From assembly GCF_009914755.1 (NCBI RefSeq), contig NC_060936.1: a stretch of DNA of 64,000 nucleotides, one strand, 5' to 3'. Within the stretch, counting starts at the first letter, position 1. Each line of letters begins with the position of its first letter. Positions 16,731 through 28,865 of this stretch are shown piece by piece. Source of the stretch: the human T2T-CHM13v2.0 reference genome, Homo sapiens. Made by a program: the position numbers and the translations under genes. Below the pieces are notes generated by a model, which was not told the DNA's origin, made no database searches, and worked only from the letters and a program-made list of their open reading frames with translations.

Positions 16731-18654
16731 CACGCCTGGCATTTTAACTTCCACTGTTTGAAAGTATTACACCTTTCTTTTTTCGCACTCCCTCACAGTT
16801 CTAAAAAGCTCTGAACTCATTTCATTCTTCTTTTCTTCCCTTGTCTTTTCTCTCTTCAAAGATATTTCATGATGATTCTGCTTTTCAGAACTTTAGCTGA
16901 GAGTAATGAAATATCAATCTTTTGCACAATGGCAACTACATCCCTTTTCTGCTCTCTTGGGATAGTCAGAATAGCAACTGCCCAGCGTGAACAATAGGAC
17001 TTCTTCTCAGTTCTGAGAGATTGGCTGTTGCTGAACAGCAGTGCATAGAAATAATCCTTGGCAATCCCATGGGTGACATTTCTCTTTCCTTATCACCCAT
17101 GCTGCACACAGCCGGAACTTGATAAGACACCCAGAAAGAAGATAATGGCTGCTATCAAGCTGTCTAGGTAGAAATAATAATAATAATCTGTTTATGGAAG
17201 AGCAGCTGTCCTATTGTTTTGCATTTCATGAAATCTCAGAGTCAGAACCCTCTCTTCCATGCCAGCCCCATCCCCATTCCTCATGCCAATCCAATCACTT
17301 TGGGGTTTTAATGATGGGCATTTTATTCCCTGATCTTTTGATACAATAGACAAGGATGCATGTAAATCTCCCATAATCATATCCAGTCACAGGATGTGCT
17401 TAAAAGACTAGAGAAGAGGCATTGTATTGGAAGATTTGAAAGCTGGGAGGACGTTGTAATGAATATAGGCAAGCCCGGTATTCCTTTTTAAAATATGCAC
17501 AAAACCCAGAATTACTGCAAATGAATAGTTCAGTTATCATTCCAGTCTGAAAGCTTAACCCCCCAAGGATTAAGGTAGGTAGGTCTCAATTTCTTAAAGT
17601 GGAGCCCCAAAGAATTGTGATACTACCAACAAGGCAGGTCACAGCTATGTTCACTGCTTTTTTTTGTGCACTGAACAGAATAGCCAAAGGCTTAGGAGCA
17701 GCCTGGCAGTAATGTCATTGTTCTCGTTTCTTTTGAGCCAGATTGCTCTCCTGGCTAGGGAAATATGCGGTCACTTTATTTACCAGTGTTCAGATCAAGC
17801 ATTCCTTTCATCACTGTCACCTTCACAGAGGGCAGTCTGTGGATGTTACTTTCCTGTCTTTATCTGTCCACCTATCTCTGGAGAAAAAAATTAAGCAGCC
17901 ATGCCCTTCAGGGTGAATCAAACAATTGAAAAGAAGAAAATATGTCAGTTTCTTTTTGCCTCCATCCAATACTTAACCACAGCCAAACTTGCATTTTCAT
18001 TTCTAGAGAGGGTAGACACCTTCATTCCTAAAACAGTTATCCCACAAGGGTCCCACCATTGCAGAGAGCAGCAGGCCAGTGTTGTCTTTGTTTCTCTTTC
18101 CTGAGGCTTCCTAGAAGTCATCACAATCTCCAATTTATCCAGGCTGAGCTCACTTTCTCCTTGTGTCTCCTTTGAGTTAGGCATGGAAATAGCTAAAGGA
18201 GAACAAAGAGGAAAAATATATGGGCTTGTTCAGTGGAGAAACAGCCTTGAAGAACTTCCCACTAACTAGTTCCAGATGTCTCTTTGCACCTGAACAAGTC
18301 TACGTCTCATCCTACAAAACAAAGTCACACCCAGCTGAAATCTCTCTCTCCCTCCTTCCCACCCCCCCTTTCTCTCTCTCTCTCTCTCCTCTCCAGCCTC
18401 CACCTTTTCTCTCTCTGCTGTGTGAGTATCCCATACCCCAGAGGCATAGCTCAAGCACAACTTGCCCTATGAGGCCTTCCTCTACCCTCTTCCACCTTCT
18501 CCCACCCTGCAAGAGAACAAGTTAATCATGGTATTTTGTACATAGCTGTATTATAGCCTTTTATGTTCTGCATCATATGCCTTTCTTGCCAACCAGATTG
18601 TGAATCCAAGAAAGTAGGTAAATGCCTTTGTATCATGTTATTCATCTTTGGGAA

Positions 18655-18900
18655 GGCAATTTAACAAAGTGATTAAGAGAATGGGTTTTGCATCAAACAG
18701 ATCTGAATGCGGATCCTAGCTCTAACATTAACTAGCTGCGTGCCCTTGAGTTTTCTGGAACTCGGTTTACTAATGTCTAAAATGGGGCTATTTCATAAAG
18801 TTTTTTAAGTGACTAAATGCATTAAAATATATGTATATAAAATATTTAGCATAATGTTGATATGCAATATGTTCTTGATAAATGGTAGCTATTATTATAA
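18655..18900 (+). mobile_element. MIR
   Basis: gtgattaagagaatggg...ctagctgcgtgcccttgag...ctaaaatgggg...taaatggtagctattatta. Confidence 0.8.
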
Positions 18901-19072
18901 TAAATTATAATTAACTTGGTATTCTCAGCCTCTCATAATAAATTATCAATAAATACATATTGAAGGATAAGATAAAAGAACAAATGAAATACACATACTG
19001 TATATACATATGCATATATACACATACCGTATATACATACACATACATACACATGACAGTGCATATACATAA

Positions 19073-19289
19073 TCATCCTTCTGTGACAAATTGCATTGCT
19101 CTCTGCTTATCTGAGCTCTCAAAATGCAATTGGTAGACCTGCAGAGGGTATATGAGAGAAGGGAAGAAACTGATCACAAAAGAGTTTGCAGGGAATGTTC
19201 TTGGTAGCAGTTGTACTCTAAGCAATGACCTCACGAAGCACATAGGTTTCCCTCTGTGAGTGCCAAATTTGCCAGCCTCCTTCTGACAC
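19073..19289 (-). CDS. LINC01619: Putative last coding exon of a short spliced ORF in a lncRNA-like gene (CQKEAGKFGTHRGK...QRAMQFVTEG*)
   Basis: Strong acceptor tgtttttgtgtttttgtccag|G with the AG at 19291-19290; open frame to TGA at 19075-19073. The peptide resembles my recollection of C12orf79/LINC01619 (unverified); translation not shown. Confidence 0.55.
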
Positions 19290-19315
19290 CTGGACAAAAA
19301 CACAAAAACATCATT

Positions 19316-19539
19316 CAACCCTTGGATGATGATGTTGATAATGATGATAATGATGACGATGATAGCTAACATTTACTGACCAACTTCTATGTGTCAATCC
19401 CTCTCTACTCTCCCACTGTAGCCCTGGGTTAGGTAACATTGTTTAAATTTTACAAATAATGCAAATGTGCCCTCAAGAAATTAAGAAATTATTTTAGTTT
19501 ATTCTGAAAATAGGTGGATGTTTCAGGACCCAAACCACC
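19316..19539 (+). repeat. Copy 1 of a ~225-bp local direct duplication ((GAT)n plus degenerate MIR)
   Basis: caacccttggatgatg...tttcaggacccaaaccacc; ~93% identical by eye to 20861-21087. Confidence 0.95.
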
Positions 19540-20591
19540 ACATGAAGGTAGCAAGAGCAGCGTGCTTCTCATCCATGACCAGGCAGGCTAGCAAAGGGAA
19601 AAGCAGAGGTGATCAGGTCTATGTCCGCTTGCTGGAATTAGTCATGGCAGAATTCAGGAAGCAAGGAGCCGTGGCCTTTGACTTGCACTTCCTTCTCCCA
19701 ATAGTCTTTTTTTTTTTGCACAAGTCATTATAAATCGCCTGGTCTCATACCATGAATGACTGTAAAATCCTGGAAATGTCTGGATTCAGACTTGGCATTT
19801 TCCCCCCTAAGACACCAAAGGGGTTAATCTCTGGCCAGTAATCAAAGTCTGGCAGCTTCTACTCCACACATAATGGGCATTGTTGTTCCTAAGAGTTTGT
19901 CTGTTTTTTCTGGCGGCTTTACTGTTTGGAATCAATTCTAAAACAGAAAAGGAAAGAGTCAATCTGCATTTTTTATGCACACATGCAACAAAACATAAGG
20001 CTGGTCATAGAACTGTTGTTTTGCTAGATTTCCAGGAAAGTTGTTGGCTTACTATTGAGAGAAGATGACTTATTGACTAAAATACATCTACCTCAAAAGG
20101 GAATTCATTTATATATGTAAGTGAGACACACATAATATCCTAAGGTGCTGCCTTCTCTCAGATATGAAGCAACACATTACAACTGTATTAGCTGATAAGT
20201 GAACTGTGGCTGGCCCACCCATCTGCATAGAAAATCCATTTGTGTGACGTTATTAATGTGCATGCTCATCAACCTTCCCAGGTCAATTGCAATCTCAGGA
20301 CATGTTTGTCACTCCCACCTGATGGGCCCCCAGATGTTTCCATCTGAAGCCACGTGAATATGTCTTACTAAGTCACCAATACAACAAAATCCCATTACAA
20401 AACACCCGACTCTATTCCAGTGGAAAAGGCCAGGTTTTCTTTTTCTTAAATTTCCAATCAGTCACAAATCAACACTTTTGTATAAACCAAAATCATGCAC
20501 TTAGATGTCAAAATAATGCACTTAGAAGTCACTAGCATTCTTAAATTGTTATATAAGTTTCTAAATAATTATTCACAGTTTCTGTACTCAC

Positions 20592-20663
20592 CTTGTCATG
20601 AACCAATAACAAGCAGTTTGCAGATCAAACTCATCCATGGACCACACTTTGCTAGACCACTTT
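20592..20663 (-). CDS. LINC01619: Putative 72-nt internal exon (KWSSKVWSMDEFDLQTACYWFMT-R)
   Basis: Consensus donor AAG|GTGAGT at 20592/20591 and acceptor ccttcatctag| at 20664. The phase-2 junction AG|G is in frame with the exon at 19289; internal ATG at 20638. Confidence 0.55.
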
Positions 20664-20667
20664 CTAG

Positions 20668-20869
20668 ATGAAGGTTTCCAAACTTTTTCTATCAAGGATG
20701 AGAGGGCAAATATTTTAGGATTTGCAAGGCATGACTCAATTCTGTTGTTGTAATGTAAAAGCAGCCAGAGACAATAAGAAAATTAATACACTGTGTTCAG
20801 TAAAACTTTATTTATAAAAGCAGACCACAGGAGAGATTTGGCCCACCAGCTATAGTTCACCAACCCTTG
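20668..20869 (+). mobile_element. MER58A hAT MITE
   Basis: caaactttttct...aaatattttagg...aaaagcagcca.agacaata...taaaactttattta.aaaa...gatttggccc...tagtt..ccaaccc. Confidence 0.85.
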
Positions 20870-21087
20870 GATGATGATGTTGATAATGATGATGATGATG
20901 ATGATGATGATAGCTAACATTTACTGACCAACTTCGATGTGTCAGTGCCTCTCTATTCTCCCATTATAGCCCTGGGTAAGGTAACATTGTTTTAATTTTA
21001 CAAATAATGAAAATGTGACATCAAGAAACTAAGAAATTATTTTAGTTCATTCTGAAAATAGGTGGATGTTTCAGGACCCAAACCACC
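20861..21087 (+). repeat. Copy 2 (likely donor) of the ~225-bp duplication
   Basis: Same sequence as 19316-19539; its first bases are the MER58A terminus. Confidence 0.95.
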
Positions 21088-21309
21088 GTCCCTAGGCTCA
21101 CACTATACTACATATATAATGATTGAGACATCTTTTTCACAATTAATAAAAAAATTTAAAAATACTAGTATAATCTTGGTCATTTTCTTCCCTTTATCTC
21201 CCCACCCATCATCCACCTCAACAGTACCAAGCTCTTAGTGAACGATCATTCCAAAGAGTCTGTATATAGAGCAAGAGCCAGACATGAATACAGTCTGAAA
21301 CAAACACAC

Positions 21310-22010
21310 TCATTCAAACATACATTTATTCATTCAATAAATATGTATTGGGTGCTTACTCTGTATCAGGCATGAGTCCAAGGAATGGGGCTATAGTAGT
21401 GAGCAAAACACACAAGATCCTGTCCTTAAAAAGCTTACATTCTAGTATGGGGAAGTAGACAATCAGCAAATAAATATATTATGTTGGGTATTAAGATTCA
21501 GGGTTCAAAGAAAAATAAAGCAGAGTAAATAAGAGAATAGAGAGTGACAAAGTGCTTTTTTTTTAATCTAACTCTTTTATTATCTCTTCTTCACCAACTA
21601 AGATATGTACACTCCCAGCAGAGCTGTACTTTCAAATGTATCTACTAGGTATAAGCGCACATTTATAAGATGTTTTTGTACCATATTTGTACCAGTTATA
21701 TTCTGCATAATTGTATAGAAAAAGACACTGAGAAAGAAACTATTTCATTAATTCATGCTGCAAATATTTATTGAGCACCTACGCTGGGCCGGGTGATATT
21801 TTTAAAACAGGGAATCCAACAGTGAGCCAAACGGACAAAGATGCTTGCTCTCATGGACTTCCATCATGGCCAGGAGAGTGGGAAAATAAACAAAAAACAT
21901 AATAAACACATGTTAGAAGGTGATATGTAAAATGGAGAAAAGAAACGCACAGCAAGATAAGGAGATCAGGAGTACAGAGGAGAAACCAACAGGTTATAAT
22001 TTAAAATAGT
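21310..22010 (-). mobile_element. Two L2 3'-end fragments (21310-21540 and 21745-22010)
   Basis: cattcaataaatatgtattgggtgcttactctgtatcaggc; aaatatttattgagcacctac. Confidence 0.75.
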
Positions 22011-24234
22011 TGAACAACTTTCTCTTGATCAGGTAGTATGCAACTAAAATAACCCCCATTTGAAAATCAAGCCCTGGTTTTTAGTTCATTCATTCCTACA
22101 GTCAATGTGTCATCAACTAAAAGAAAACACAGGATGTTTTGCGTTGAATGTTCTATTTAAGTCCATAGAAAGAAATGTTATTCTTTCTAAGTCATTTTTG
22201 CCCTTTCCTTTCCCTTGCTTCAGAAAAAAATATTAGGGAGCTGGCAGCTGAAACAATGTAGGGATGGGAGAGGGGAAAGGAAGGAAAAACTAAAGGCCAA
22301 CATTCATGCCGGTTGACTGTTTTAACAAGGATGTAGCTGTGATCCAGCCCTCCTGGATCCCAGTACAGCCTTGCTAGGAAGCCCACAAAAGCAGTGAGGA
22401 CAGACAGTGAGCATTTTCCATTAAGTGTGGCATTCACTTTTTTCAAAAAGTTATGAGATGTTAATATAGATTTGAATTTTAATCAGATTTAATATGGGAA
22501 CAGAGTATTTTTCTGCAAATGTGAAATTTTTCTAGGCTTTTGGGAAAATGTCATCCATATAAAGGCTAACTACTGTTTTACCTATAAAACTGCCATTCTT
22601 CATTGGTTTTTCAGGAAAGAAAAAGTACGATGATACAATGAAATATTATTGCAAAGATTTCTTATTTCTTGTGAACATTAATGGTTTCTGAGGGTATTTT
22701 AAAAATCAAACTAAGAACGCTTGTAAGCTTAAGGCAAGGATTACAGAATTTCAGTTAATAAATCAAGAAAACAGACATAACAAATCTATTTCTTGATAAT
22801 AATAGTAATAATTTAAGAGCTCTCAACAAATTCTTTAAAATATCATGTAGACTTAGTGCTAGAAATGCCAATAGCAGTAATTCTGCCTCAAACCAAAAGG
22901 GGTTCAAAGTCAGGACTGCATGTCCAGAAAAAAATATACTTAGTGGCTACCACTCTCTGCTGCCAGCAATGTAATACTATTATCTCAGATGTATTGTGTT
23001 AGCAGCTACTGTATATCAAGCATTTTTCTGAATCCTTTTACAGACTGTAAAATAAATACTTTAGCAAACCCTTACCATAGCCATGTGAGGGAGACATTGT
23101 TCCCATTTAACAGATGACAACATTGGCTTAGAAATGTGACATAACTACCCAAGGGCATACAACAACTAACACTGGAATCTAATCCACATGTGTCTGATTC
23201 TGAAAGCAGCACCTTGGCCCATATTTTCTCCCTTCTTTTTTTTCCTCTGCATTACTTTTTCCCCACATACTCTTCCAAAAATATGTACTTATTTTACTAT
23301 TTTTACAAAATTTTTGGAATATAATTTTTACATATTTACTACATCTAGTTGATTGACCAATCAGTGTATTCTGTAAACCTCAGGAAAGAAGTCCTCTGGG
23401 TTGTTACAGGGCAGGCTGGATCCTGGGAGTCACTATTATCTCTCTTAGATAAATCAAGCTGTTTTCTACATGACTAGTTTATCTAACAATTCATTGGTCA
23501 GACATCAGATAGGAACTCTCCCCCATCCTCAATCCGCTTCCTACCCACCCTCAACCCCAAGAATTCTCTAAACGCCACTAAAAATCAAAAAAACAACATC
23601 AGAATTAGCATTTGCTGGAAATTAGGAAAATAGTGACAGAATTCCCTAAACCTCCTTTTTTTCAAGTCTGACTTTTGTATTCCTTAGAGAAAACAAAGGC
23701 AAAACCCCTTAAAATTGTGTTTGGGGGATGGACCTTTCCTGCAAGCTTGATATTTTCCATCTGTGCATATATTTGGATGTCTAAGCATGTGTTTATAACA
23801 TATAATCCCATTATTAAATATACAGAATAATAAGAAAATATATTGGAGAGAGGGAAAACTATTTACTCAAAGGATTTTTTTACATTAAAATAGAAATCTC
23901 TACTGCATTCTTTTGCAAAATAAATTGCTAGGAACTGTGAGATGCCCATTTTTCTTTCTAACTCAGACCAGACAGGCAGACTGAGAAACTAAGCAACCTA
24001 TGGCAAAGGCAGAAGGAAGGTGTGCAATGAGGGAATGGGGCAGCTCAGCTGGTATGCTAATGAGCTCTCCTCAAAACCATTGGCCCAAAATGTCTTAAAT
24101 GGACTTCCATTTATAAAAATTAAATGTACCCATTTTTAAACTCACATATATAACCTATAGAAAGATCTGCCTAGGTAGTAAACTTGAATATGTGTATCAA
24201 TGAATGAGAACATTGGTCTATGGATGTCAAGTCT

Positions 24235-24410
24235 GGTATGTATCAGAAGCGCTTGGAGTGGTTTTTAACTTAGGTAATTTGGGCACCACAGCTGACAATT
24301 CTGATTTAGTGGATCTGGGAGGAATTCAGGCATGGGCATCTTAACAAGTCCTTCCGAATCCACCCACATCCAACCACCATGTACATATATACACGTGATT
24401 CTGAAACACA
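24235..24410. mobile_element. MER5B-like MITE
   Basis: attctgatttagtggatctggg...ggcatcttaacaag...gtgattctga. Confidence 0.6.
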
Positions 24411-24831
24411 CCTAATTCTAGGCTATTTAATGGAAAATGGTCGATAGTTCCTCTATGTTGAGGGAGACAAGGTAGACATTCCACAGGACACCCTGGAGGA
24501 AAGGAATCATTCCTGACTTGTCCAAGATGTTAACTAAAAGGTATATGCAATCTTTATAAGGAGAAACTGATGCCCACAGCTCCTTAACTAATGCATTTGG
24601 TTTATAGAGCGTATTTTATTTAAAATTTTAAAGGCTACTGAAATTCCTCTCTCGAAACTCTCCCTCACTTACATAACCTTAGCCCTATTCTTACATTACC
24701 TAGCCCATTCTCTTTACTTCTATTATTGCAGTTTCTGACACATAATTTCAAATGAAGATCGATAGATGCTTCTAAGGGAAAAAATGAAAAACATTAGCTT
24801 TTCTCAATGCTCATTAAATTCATATGCGCTC

Positions 24832-25234
24832 TCTTGGTCAGCTGGGGCTGCCATAACAAAATACCATTGACTGGGTGGCTTGAACAGCAGACATTCATTT
24901 CTCATGGTTCTTGAGGTTGAGAAATCCAAAATCAAGATACTGGCCAATTTGGTTCCTCGGTGAGGGCTCTCTTCCTGTCTTGCGGTCAGTCATCTTCCCA
25001 CCGTATCTTCACATAGTCAGAGGTCTGGAGGCAGGGCACAGGGGAGAGAGAAGGAGAGAGCGAGCACTCTGATGTTTTTTTCCTCTACTTATAAGGACAC
25101 TAATTCCACCATGAGAGCTCCACCCTCAAGGCTCCTAAATCTAATTACCTAAAGGCTTGCATATCCAAATATCATTACACTGGGAATTAGGGCTTCAACA
25201 TATAAATTTCAGAAGGACACAAACGGTCTATAAC
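24832..25234 (-). mobile_element. MLT1A0-like solo LTR
   Basis: gggctgccataacaaaatacca..gactgggtggctt...ggtgagggctctcttcctg...ttagggcttcaacatataaattt. Confidence 0.88.
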
Positions 25235-26814
25235 ATGTACAAGGATAAACATTATATTCTTCAGAGAAGAGGCCATAAGCACCAGCCAACACATTGATAT
25301 GCCAGGCCATTGTTCCCCCTCAAATGAGTCATTCCCAGTGAGAAAATTAACTTATTTAAAAGAATGTGAATCAATCTTATTTTCAAAAGAAAAATGCCAA
25401 TGTCAGTTTCCACTATATCAGTAATCATGTATTTGTAGAAACAGAATGCTAACAAAGAATAAAATTCAAAAATCCAGCACTCAAGTTACCAACTTGGTGA
25501 CAGTTGCCTAGTTAGTGACATCAACTGTTCAAAGGGAAGCAGGGAAAAATGACTAAAGTTATTCAACCATCTCTTAAATCTGTAATTCTGTCTATGAATT
25601 AGCCACTCTACTTCATGCTGCATTGCATATTTTTTGGAGATAGCTAATTTTTCTGATTTAATTTATTTCTCTGAGTTTAGTTACTTTTCAGAACATATTT
25701 TATAGAAGTACTATAAAGGCTAGTAAACTTAAAAGATGTTTCCATTTATACATGCCAAGGGTAGAACAGTTTTCTTCTCCCCCTATATTTCCATTAGTTA
25801 ATACTTTAAAAAGCCCGTGAAATAGCATCTATTCTGTCATTTTATTATCTGCTTGCTCCCCTCCAGCCATCATGGGAAAGATTTTAAGTACAGACATGCT
25901 ATCAGATCTTTACTTCTGGAAATAAGGAGTTTCTGCAGTGAATAACAGTTACATTCTAATTATATTAATTCAGGCTGCAATTTCTTTGAAATATAAAGGA
26001 CCTGCTGTCAGGGTGGTGTGGACAATGGAGGCTGAACATGTCAATGACATGACAAATTCCTCGAGCAGAGTGCCAGATGTATTGTTGCCCAGGATTCTTT
26101 TTTGAGAGCAAATTCAGTAAGCACTACCAGTGTCAACTCTGGAGTAAGGAATTGGTTCATTTGTTATCTTTCCAAGTTGCAGGTACATCTGCCAGAAGAG
26201 TCTGCCAACAGATGAATTGGTAATTAAAATCATTTCCGTGGCTATAGGGAGTGATTCCGAAATTGTTTCGCTTTTATTTCTTTCTTTTCCTGTGTAGAGG
26301 AAAAAATACTTTGGTGAATATTGATATGAATTTACCATGGGCAATACTAGAATTATGTGATTCATGAGTGCCTCACTATCCACATTCATACATGATCACC
26401 TTTGCTGGGATTTTAAGCTTTTCTTATAGAATTTTAAATTTCCATTCTTTGCCAGTTCTGTATGTTAGAATAATGCTTCATCTTATAAGTTCTTTGCAGA
26501 TATAACAATACCTGATATAGGTCAAATACACTTAATAATACCACTCAATTTAAGAAACGGTATATTGTATCCCTTGCCTATTCAAGCTACTATGCTAAAA
26601 TAAATAATAAATAATGTTGATAAATTTAAAATGTTGATAATTTAATTAAAATTAAAAATACATTATATAATATGAAGCAGGTGCTAGTGTAATATCTGCT
26701 CATAGTAGTTACCTAACAAATATCATTTTAGCTCTTCTTTTCTGTCCAGAAAGATACTACTTTGCCATCCACGTATCTATACCACATCACCATCATCATC
26801 ATCACAACAATGAA

Positions 26815-27045
26815 AACAAAATAAACTAACATTTATTGACCATTTCCTATAAACAATCTAAGCATTTTATATGTATTCATTTACTTTATCCTTACAAAAC
26901 TCTGCTTTGTATCCTTGTTGTACTATTGAGGAGGATCAGCCAAAGAGAAGTAACTTGCCCACACTGACACCACTAGGAAGTATCAGACCTAGAGATTTTA
27001 CCCAAGTAGTCTGAATCTCAAGCACTCAAGCTTAACTACTTTCCA
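26815..27045 (-). mobile_element. MIR
   Basis: ctaacatttattga...agagaagtaacttgcccacactgacacc. Confidence 0.7.
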
Positions 27046-27206
27046 ATAATGTCACGTAAGACCATATAAATAAATTAACTACAATAATTTTCCCAAATTG
27101 TGCAATAGCCCATTAATTGACTTGTCTTTTATTAGTCATTTGCTTACTCTTTTTTTCTTTTCTTCCTCTTCTCTTTCTCTCCTTCCTTCTTGTTCTTGTG
27201 TGTGTG

Positions 27207-27436
27207 TGTATATATAAAGAGATATATATTTATATATTATATATTACATATATAATATATATAACATATAATATATAATATATATTATATATTTATATAA
27301 TATATATTACATATATAATATATATTATATATTGCATATATATCTATTATATATAATACATTACATATATTAGATATATAATACATTACATATATTATAT
27401 ATATATAATATATATGTAAAGAGAGACAGAGAGAGA
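27207..27436. repeat. Compound (TG)/(TA)-rich/(GA) simple repeat
   Basis: ~200 bp of almost pure A/T degenerate (TA)n. Confidence 0.95.
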
Positions 27437-27749
27437 GCTGCTTCTCTTTTTTAGCAACAAAGCAAGGTTTTCTACCATCCTCAGAAACTCAGAGGAGTCT
27501 TTATGAGAACTGCTAAATAGAAAATACTGTTCTAAAATTAAATTTTTAATTGTCTTATGGATTACTTTAGTTAAAACTAGACAACAAAGTAGGTTTATAA
27601 ATGTTGGTGACCTATGAGTTTACAATCAAGTTATTAGGATATGATGTGTGTATACATATATGGATATGTGCATGTAGGTACACATACATATATATAGCTA
27701 TATATACACATATAATAGAGCATTGGAATACTTCAAATATGTTTAAATA

Positions 27750-28865
27750 TGTGACGTCTTAGTGATCTTAACAGAAACAACAATTCATGTTTACCTCAGA
27801 GGAGAGAACCAACTCATTATTTTGCAAACTGCTAGATGAGGTAAAGAACAAAACATTTATCCTGGGTTTTGTTACTTTAGATACAAGTAGGAAATGGGGA
27901 GGGGAAGAAGTTTCTCCTTACAGAAATACCCTAGTCAATAAATGAAGAATGAATCGTTAGTGGATACATGTTATTTTATATTTGTCAAAACCTATAGAAT
28001 GTATAACACCAAGAGTGAACCCAAAGAAAGGATGGACTTTGGGTGATAATAATGTGTCAATGTACATCCATCAATTGTAAACAGCTTACCACTCTAGTGA
28101 GGAATATCAATAATGAAGGAAGCTATGCATGGGTGGGAGCTGGGGGTACATGGGAATTTTACATACTTTCCACTCAACTTTGCTGCAAACCTAAAACTGC
28201 TCTAAAAAATAAAGTCAATTTTTTAAAATCATAAAATTAAGATATCACCACTTTGCAATAGCAAAAGAATTGATTAATCCAGGCAAAAATCCTCAATAGT
28301 TGTTAACATTTCACACATGCACATTTCCACTTATGGAAATATATACCACTATTTGTGAAGTAATCTTGCCAAAACCATGGAAGCAGAATCTGATCTCTAG
28401 CCGTAACTGTGAATTTAAAAGAAGTGCATTGTACAAGATGATGAATATGTTTGAGAACACATTAGGGATGGAATCAAGACAATTCAAATTATTAGAAAAT
28501 CTTCAGTTAAAACAATCTCGTTTCTCCAATAAGACCAAGGAAAAGAAAAAAAAAGGGACCAAGAAAAAAAAAAGTAGAGATGAAGATAGAGCCTACAGGT
28601 TAAAAGAGACCCTAGAAATATATCAAATAATAATAAATCATGAACCTTGTTTAGATCTGGATTTGATTGTTAAAAAAATAGATGGTAAGATAATTGGAGA
28701 TACGTGTATACTGACTACATATTAATTGATATTAGAAACTATTGTAATGTTTTTAGGTGTCATAATGGTATTTTATTTTAAAGAATCCCTATCTCTTAGA
28801 GACCCAAACTGAAAGATATATAGGTAAAAAGAAATTAATGCTTGGAGCTTTGTCTCAAAATAATG
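27750..28865 (+). mobile_element. Old L1MC/MD 3' fragments (host; resumes at 33440-33560)
   Basis: tggatacatgttatt..atatttgtcaaaacc.atagaatgtataacaccaagagtgaacc...aaactgctctaaaaaataaag. Confidence 0.65.

Noticed and set aside
26114-26405. Possible upstream exon or 91-aa ORF of the minus-strand gene (donor-like ATG|GTAAAT near 26336)
   Set aside because: The open frame ends in phase 0, incompatible with the phase-2 acceptor at 20663, and there is no good polypyrimidine tract.
28300-28725. 141-aa plus-strand ORF
   Set aside because: TTG start, A-rich low complexity, inside decayed L1M sequence, and no recognisable domain.
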